A stretch of 64,000 nt of DNA from contig JACJYO010000005.1 of the NCBI GenBank assembly GCA_020636075.1, positions 2,926 to 66,925 of the forward strand, given 5' to 3'. The DNA is from Lewinellaceae bacterium (GTDB taxonomy: Bacteria > Bacteroidota > Bacteroidia > Chitinophagales > Saprospiraceae). Below are positions 9,301 through 15,903 of this stretch, one piece after another. Made by a program: the position numbers and the translations under genes. Positions within the stretch are counted from its first letter, which is position 1. Each line of letters begins with the position of its first letter. The notes below the pieces were generated by a model. It was given only the letters and a program-made list of their open reading frames with translations, had not been told where the DNA came from and made no database searches.

Positions 9301-10066
9301 CATTAATGGAACGGTGTCTAACAATCTCGGGAGCTATGGCTACTTGAACAGCAGTGGGAATACGGGAACCGCTTCAGGTTCGAATCCTTATTCGCTCTAT
9401 GCCAATGAACGGATCGCGGCCAGCGAGTTCAACGCTCATTCTGACAATCGGATCAAAAACATCCGGGGCATCTCCGACGCCGGAGAAGACCTCGCCACCC
9501 TTCTGCAGATCGAAATCACCGACTACACCCTCCGCGACACCATCGCCAAGGGTAGCACTCCGCAGAAAAAGGTCATCGCCCAGCAGGTCGAGCAAGTGTA
9601 CCCGCAAGCCGTAACCGCCAACCTGACCGAGGTCGTACCGGATATATACAAACGTGCCAGCATCAAAGACGGCTGGGTGCAGCTCGCCACGGATCTGAAG
9701 CCCGGCGAACGGGTAAAGATCATCACGGAACAAAGCGCCGAAGTTTACGATGTTACTCAGGTAGAAGAAAGCCGTTTCCGGGTTGCAGAACTCGAAACTC
9801 GTAACTCGAAACTCGAAACTGTCTTCGTCTACGGCCGTGAGGTGAATGATTTCCACACCGTGGATTACGAAGCCATTGCCATGCTCAACGTGAGCGCCAC
9901 GCAGGAACAGCAGCGCATCATCGAGGCGCAGGGAAAGCGTATTGCTGAATTAGAAGCGCAAAACACAGCTCTGAGAAACGAGTTCGAACAGCGTCTGGCA
10001 CGTCTTGAGGCAGTGCTTCAAACCCGGGTTGTAGTAGAAAAATCAGCGGGTTCATCTGAAAAATAA
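6323..10066 (+). CDS. Exported tail-fibre-like protein, S74-type C-terminal chaperone module
   Basis: 1247 aa. Signal peptide ...TLSA|[36 protein letters not shown] N-module. One ~318-aa GxxNxAxG unit. Two diverged ~227-aa halves, each starting IIADAD(N/R)DTKIQVEE and ending GSNKLYIDN...PLIYG(D/E)F. [9 protein letters not shown]...[14 protein letters not shown] (Ser codon 9440). Q/E/A-rich coiled tail. Confidence 0.8.
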   Translation: [1247 protein letters not shown]

Positions 10067-10075
10067 CTTTCAACA

Positions 10076-12274
10076 ATGAACATCATGAAAAATAGCATTG
10101 CCGCGCTTGCCCTGACTTTGCTGTTTGCCAGCCCGGCCTGGGCTCAATTGCAAAACAAATGGGGGAACTTCACCATCAACCCCGGCTCAACAGTCATCGC
10201 TCTCAACGGTGTCATTAGCTCCGAAGGTGGCACGTTCACCGTCGATGGCACGCTTAGCACGCCGGTTGACCTGATCAACACCAACGGCGCTACCCTCCAG
10301 GGTGATGGCCAGTACCACATCGGCGGCAACTGGACCAACGACGCCAACTTCAACGCCGGCGCCTCGACAGTCACCTTCGAAGGTCCGCAAAACAGCACCG
10401 TCGCTTCCGGCGGGGCTGCTTTCAACGACGTTGTGCTGACTAAAAACGATGGGCTCAACCTTTTGCTGGCCGACAATATGGCCATTGGTAACAGCCTCGA
10501 TTTCCAGGCAACAAATAACTACGTAGTACTTGGCAACTTTAATCTACAGGCCGGGGATATGCTCGGCTATGAAGCAAGCCGGCACGTGCGCACCGATGGA
10601 ACAGGATTTCTCGTGCGCACGGTGGCCGGCGCCCCGGTGGTTTTTCCCGTGGGAAACACTACCTACAACCCCGCAACGCTGACCAATGCCGGCACCAGCG
10701 ATCTGTTCCGGGTGCGGGTGGCCGATAATGTTTTGGCCGGCGGCTACTCCGGAAATGCCTACCAAACCAATGCTGTGGACCGCAGCTGGTTTATGGAAGA
10801 AGCAGTCCCCGGTGGCTCCGACCTGAGCCTCGCCCTGCAGTGGAACGGAAACGAAGAACTTACCGGCTTCGACCGCACGATGGCCTATGTGTCAAGCTTT
10901 GACGGCGGCCTCTGGGACAACCAGGCTGCCGGCGCTGCTACCGGCGCCGATCCGTATATCCTTAGCCGGACTGGTATCACGACGCTCACGCCATTTGCGG
11001 TATTGAGCGGCAATTTTCAGCCCGTGGTCAACATCCTGGGGCAGATACGTTGGAAAGGCGATGGCGTGACCGGCGTGAAAGATGCTGCGGTCACCTTCAG
11101 CGGCGACTTCAGTGGCTTGGTCAACTCCGATGCTTCAGGTAACTACAGCACGGCACTCGCCGGCAACGGCAACCTGACGATCACCCCGACGAAAAACGTA
11201 AACCTGCTCAATGGGATCACCGTTGGCGACAAACTCGCCATCCAGCAACACCTCACCGATATCAACCCGATCACAGACCCCTATGTCTGGATCGCTATGG
11301 ATGTTGACCGCGATAACGAGATCTCTACCTTTGATGCCTTACTGATCAGCCAGGCGCTGTTGAACAACCCCCAGACCTTAAATATTTTCAACAAATCCTG
11401 GCGCTTCGTGCCGGCAGCTTACCCCCTGGCCTTGCCGCCCTGGGGTTTCCCGGAGCAGATCGATCTGACGGGAGTAAGCAGCAACCAGAGCGGACAGGAT
11501 TTCTACGGCGTCAAGCTCGGCGATGTAATTGAGGAATTTGCCGATCCGGCCAACTTTGGCGGCAGCGGCAGTAGCATGGCGCCGCTGGTTTGGCGGGTGC
11601 AAGACCGTATGCTGGAGGCCGGACAGGACATTCAGGTAACCTTTGCAGCGGATTTCCTGGAAAACATCGCGGCATTCCAGTTTGGTCTGCGTTTTGACAC
11701 ACAATACCTGGAACTGGAGGATGTGGAACAACTGGCCGCCTTGCCGCTCGGGGATGACCACTTCGGCTTATTCGAGGCACATTTGGGCGAGTTTCGGGCA
11801 GCATGGTCACACCATGAGGGTTTTGAACTGCCACATGGTTCGGAAGCTTTTCACCTGCACTTCAAGGTGTTGGAATCGGGTGTAAACCTGAGTTCGATAC
11901 TCGGCATGGATGAATCCTTATTACAAGGGCTGGTGTACAACAATCAGTTAGAGCACAATGAGGTGCAATTGCATTTCAGTCCGGCCACGGGTACGCACGA
12001 TGCACAGGCTGATGTGCTCTTATTCGACAACTTTCCCAATCCATTTGTAAATACAACCAACATTAGTTTTAGCCTGCCGGAATCCTGTGCGGCGCAATTG
12101 CGAGTACTGGATGAAAGCGGCCATGAGCTGTTCCGGGTAAACCGGGACTACCCCGCCGGCAATAATATGGAGCAACTGAATTTGGGCGATTTGAGCGCTG
12201 CCGGGATGTTGGTTTGTGAACTGGCGACACCTTTTGGCGTATTGACGAAAAAAATGGTTCGGGTAGGCGGGTAA
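10076..12274 (+). CDS. T9SS-sorted partner protein (family N-domain, dockerin-like + cohesin-like modules, T9SS CTD)
   Basis: 732 aa, starting 9 nt after the fibre stop. Signal peptide ...SPAWA|QLQNKW. GATLQGDGQYHIGGNWTNDANFNAG. DVDRDNEISTFDALLISQALL. QDIQVTFAADFLENIAAFQFGLRFDTQYLELEDVE. CTD FPNPFVNTTNISFSLPESCAAQLRVLDESGHELF. Confidence 0.8.
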   Translation: MNIMKNSIAALALTLLFASPAWAQLQNKWGNFTINPGSTVIALNGVISSEGGTFTVDGTLSTPVDLINTNGATLQGDGQYHIGGNWTNDANFNAGASTVTFEGPQNSTVASGGAAFNDVVLTKNDGLNLLLADNMAIGNSLDFQATNNYVVLGNFNLQAGDMLGYEASRHVRTDGTGFLVRTVAGAPVVFPVGNTTYNPATLTNAGTSDLFRVRVADNVLAGGYSGNAYQTNAVDRSWFMEEAVPGGSDLSLALQWNGNEELTGFDRTMAYVSSFDGGLWDNQAAGAATGADPYILSRTGITTLTPFAVLSGNFQPVVNILGQIRWKGDGVTGVKDAAVTFSGDFSGLVNSDASGNYSTALAGNGNLTITPTKNVNLLNGITVGDKLAIQQHLTDINPITDPYVWIAMDVDRDNEISTFDALLISQALLNNPQTLNIFNKSWRFVPAAYPLALPPWGFPEQIDLTGVSSNQSGQDFYGVKLGDVIEEFADPANFGGSGSSMAPLVWRVQDRMLEAGQDIQVTFAADFLENIAAFQFGLRFDTQYLELEDVEQLAALPLGDDHFGLFEAHLGEFRAAWSHHEGFELPHGSEAFHLHFKVLESGVNLSSILGMDESLLQGLVYNNQLEHNEVQLHFSPATGTHDAQADVLLFDNFPNPFVNTTNISFSLPESCAAQLRVLDESGHELFRVNRDYPAGNNMEQLNLGDLSAAGMLVCELATPFGVLTKKMVRVGG

Positions 12275-12275
12275 G

Positions 12276-12300
12276 CAAGTGGAGCATTTCGCTCCACTTG
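12276..12300 (+). terminator. Hairpin caagtggagc-atttc-gctccacttg immediately after the partner gene stop
   Basis: 10-bp perfect stem with a 5-nt loop. There is no clear T-tract, so this is only terminator-like. Confidence 0.4.
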
Positions 12301-12385
12301 TATCAATCCCATATTTCAGGAGTCAAACCCGGGAAAAGCCGCGGCTTAATGCAAAGCAAGCATTGCTGTACAAGCGAGACTCCCA

Positions 12386-12410
12386 TTAATATTTTTTAAT
12401 ATTTTTTAAA
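12386..12410 (+). promoter_or_regulatory. AT-rich tandem TTAATATTTTT x2, paralogous to 13048-13074
   Basis: ttaatattttttaatattttttaaa here versus ttaatactttttaataacttttaaaaa at 13048-13074. The two copies bracket ORF 12461-13051. The second copy lies ~75-100 nt upstream of fibre gene 13148. Confidence 0.3.
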
Positions 12411-12460
12411 TCGGTTTAAGCTGCTCGTCCGGAAGGGAAATCCAACTTTGGGTTTCGACT

Positions 12461-13051
12461 ATGTATGCAAAGAGACAAGCAGCCATCTATAAGGCAGCGA
12501 CATTAAAAAACGTGTTGCTGTTGGGACTGCTGTACCTGATCATGACGGTTTTCATCATGCCGGAAGCGGAACGGGAAATCGAACGCAGTGCTTACGGTAT
12601 GGGGCGCGTGCAAACATTCCTGTTTCGTTTTCCCGACAAATTATATGAGCAAATCGGACGGTATGGAACAGAAGGCCGCGCGCTATATGCCGCCGTGGAA
12701 ATGACGGCTGATATTTGCTATGCTGTTGTCTTTGCGCTCTTCCTTGCTAGTTTGATGCTTTGGTCTTCCCAGGCTGCTCCGGGAAAAACATGGACGCTGA
12801 AGCGCCTGTTGGTGCTGCCCTTAGTTTCCTTTTTATTGGCTGTTTGCAATAGTATTGGCATTGCCTGGATACTGATAAACTATCCGGCAAACTATCATTT
12901 CCTGCCGCTGACTATCTTCTTCTTTTCCAAATTAAACTTGCTGGCGGTACTCCTTTGTACAGTTGTGATTGGCCGAAACATAGTCCGTTGGCGAGCGCCT
13001 CAAAAGCTCGGTATTGCCAGGGAAGTGAACAGCATTCACCCACCTCGTTAA
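12461..13051 (+). CDS. Small multi-pass membrane protein, unknown function
   Basis: 196-aa ORF with several hydrophobic segments (VLLLGLLYLIMTVFIM, ICYAVVFALFLASLMLW, LLVLPLVSFLLAVCNSIGIAWILI, LNLLAVLLCTVVIG). I recognise no family. Confidence 0.5.
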   Translation: MYAKRQAAIYKAATLKNVLLLGLLYLIMTVFIMPEAEREIERSAYGMGRVQTFLFRFPDKLYEQIGRYGTEGRALYAAVEMTADICYAVVFALFLASLMLWSSQAAPGKTWTLKRLLVLPLVSFLLAVCNSIGIAWILINYPANYHFLPLTIFFFSKLNLLAVLLCTVVIGRNIVRWRAPQKLGIAREVNSIHPPR

Positions 13052-13074
13052 TACTTTTTAATAACTTTTAAAAA
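13048..13074 (+). promoter_or_regulatory. AT-rich tandem repeat upstream of fibre gene 13148 (copy of 12386-12410)
   Basis: See 12386-12410. It is followed at 13079-13089 by aatccgatacc, which resembles the half-site aatccgacatt at 55349/55370. Confidence 0.3.
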
Positions 13075-13147
13075 CCATTAATCCGATACCAGCACTACCC
13101 CCCGGACTTTTGCTTGACAAAAATTGATTTAACTAAAACTCATTGTC

Positions 13148-15853
13148 ATGCGCTTTTTTGAAACAATCGTACCGGAGATAAAGGCAGTGCTTTTGCCTGC
13201 TGCTTTACTTATCTGTATTCACCTCCAACTTCACGGACAGAGTGGCGTCAGCATCAACAACAGCGGAGCGCTGCCCGATGCCGGGGCGATCCTCGATCTC
13301 GAATCTACAGACAAAGGGTTGTTGATTCCCCGCATGAAAACTGCCCAGCGCCAGTTGATCAGCGGCGGTGCGCCTGCCACCGGCATGATGGTGTATGATA
13401 CGGACACCAATTCCTTCTGGTATTTCAACGGAACCGGCTGGATAAACATGGCCAGTCTCACACTGGAAGATGCCGACCAGGATACCAAAATACAGGTGGA
13501 AAAATCCCCCGATGAAGACATCATCCGCTTTGATGTGGCAGGCGTGGAAGTGATGCGCCACGACGGGAAAACACTCCATGCTGCCGCACCGGGCTTTAGT
13601 TTGTTTATTGGTTCGGATGCCGGAACAAACGACGATGGTGTAGGCGACGGAGTGGAAAACGAAAACACATTTATTGGCGTAGGAACAGGCTACTCCAACA
13701 CTGTTGGGATACATAACACTTACCTGGGCACTAATGCTGGAGCGTATAATATTGTCGGCAGTGGCAATACCATGATTGGGCATAACGCAGGGTTCAATAC
13801 AACTACAGGCGGGAACACTTTCCTGGGCTCCGGCGCCGGCTATAACAATACCGCCGGTAGCAATAATTTCTTTTCCGGTTCCGCTGCCGGCTATAACAAT
13901 ACCGCCGCTTCAGGTAATCATTTTGCCGGCTATCGGGCGGGATTTTCCAATACCACAGGAGTTGAAAACCAATTTATTGGCTTTGATGCGGGTTTTGCCA
14001 ACACGACCGGCGGTACGAACCTGTTTGTGGGCTTTGAGGCAGGCAAAAGCAACACGACCGGCGGCACAAACCTGTTTATCGGGCACAGAGCCGGCCACAG
14101 CAATATTTCGGATTTCCGAAACATGTTTATCGGTCATGAATCGGGTGAAGCCAATAACGGCGGATACTCCAATCAATTTATGGGTTATCAGGCCGGACAA
14201 TCCAACGTTAGCGGTTGGGAGGGCCTTTTTATCGGCTATAAGTCAGGTCAAAACAACACGACCGGCCATCTCAATCATTTTGTCGGTTATTATGCCGGCC
14301 AAAGCAATACGGCCGGGTATGCCAATTATTTTTCCGGCCACCGGGCAGGCCGTTTGAATACTACAGGTACCTGCAACCACTTCGCCGGCTGGCTGGCCGG
14401 TGATGCCAACACGACTGCTTCGTACAATCACTTTGTGGGTTATGCTTCCGGAAATTCAAACACGACCGGCGAGCGGAACTATTTTTCAGGGTATTACACA
14501 GGTGATGAAAATACAACGGGCAGCAACAACCACTTTGACGGGCATCAGGCAGGAAAAAACAATACCACCGGCAGCAATAACCAATTTAGCGGCTACAAAG
14601 CCGGGATCAGCAATAACGGCGCGGACAATAATTTTTTCACCGGCTACGAAGCCGGGCAAGCGAATACCAATGGTCATGACAACCACTTTTCAGGTTTTCA
14701 GTCGGGATATACCAACATAGGCGGCCATTACAATTATTTTTCCGGTTACCAGGCGGGCTATTCCAACACGGGCAGTTACAATCATTTTTCCGGGTATAAA
14801 GCCGGCTACGAAAACACGACCGGCACAGCCAATTATAGCTCGGGCCAGGGGGCAGGCCGAAACAACCAGACGGGCAGTAGCAACGTCTGCGTCGGCTACC
14901 AGGCCGGTCTGAACAATCTCAGCAGCAACAATATTTTTATCGGACGGAGCGCAGGTCAGTCCTTTGACAGCGGCACTGAAAACACCATGATCGGAACGAG
15001 AGCCGGCGAATCCTTTTCGGGCACCGGGGACAACTGTACATTTTTGGGAGCGTATGCCGGGCAAACCACTTCCGGTAGCGACAACACACTCCTTGGTAAT
15101 CATGCCGGAAAGGCCGTTTCTAATTCCGGCAACACAATCGTCGGAAGCCAGGCGGGCGCCGCAGGTGTTTTTTCCGGAGCGAATAATACTATAATGGGTA
15201 AAAGCGCGGCATCCGGATTGACCAGTGGAGCACAAAACGTGATTATTGGAGCCAGCACTGGATCAAGTGTCGGTGGCGGCAGCTCGAATACCTTGGTCGG
15301 ATTCACTGCACGTTCACTTTTAAATTTGAACAATTGCATCGCCATCGGTTACGACACCTATGTCACTGCCGCCAGTACCGCTATGATTGGGAAAAATATT
15401 ACCAAGGTGGGTTTTGGTAAAGAAGCCGGCGTTGGGGAGGCCATGGCCTTCTATGTCAATGGCGCCTATCTATCCTCCGGAGGAACCTGGACCAATGCAT
15501 CCGACCGCAACGTGAAAGAAAATATTACATCGGTCAACAGGGCAGAAGTGCTCGACAAAATAATGCAACTCCCGATCACGCAATGGAATTACATCAACGA
15601 GGACGACCGGGTGAAGCATATCGGTCCTATGGCACAGGATTTTTATGCGGCTTTCGGACTGGGCAGGGACGAAAAATCCATCTCCACTATCGACCCCGCA
15701 GGTGTCGCACTGGTAGCCATACAGGAGCTGAACAAAAAACAACAGGAACTCCAGCAAAAAACGGAGGAAATCAATCAGTTGAAATCAATGCTGGAAAGCT
15801 TGCAAACGGAGGTGTCGGCGCTTAAGGTTCGCATGGACAATGCGGAGAAATAA
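13148..15853 (+). CDS. Exported tail-fibre-like protein with ~28 short Gly/Asn repeats and a classical S74 chaperone module
   Basis: 901 aa. Diverged N-module [59 protein letters not shown]. Long run of N.F.G..AG..NTTG repeats. [10 protein letters not shown]...[16 protein letters not shown]...[13 protein letters not shown] (Ser codon 15500). Confidence 0.85.
   Translation: [901 protein letters not shown]
13664..14963 (+). repeat. Degenerate ~45-bp (15-aa) coding repeat N-x-F-x-G-x-x-A-G-x-x-N-T-T-G, about 28 units
   Basis: Read in the translation, e.g. [15 protein letters not shown] / [17 protein letters not shown] / [16 protein letters not shown]. Confidence 0.7.
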
Positions 15854-15903
15854 GGGGTATTCGATTGAGAAGGATTTATCACAGAACCAACAATCTTTTT
15901 ATC

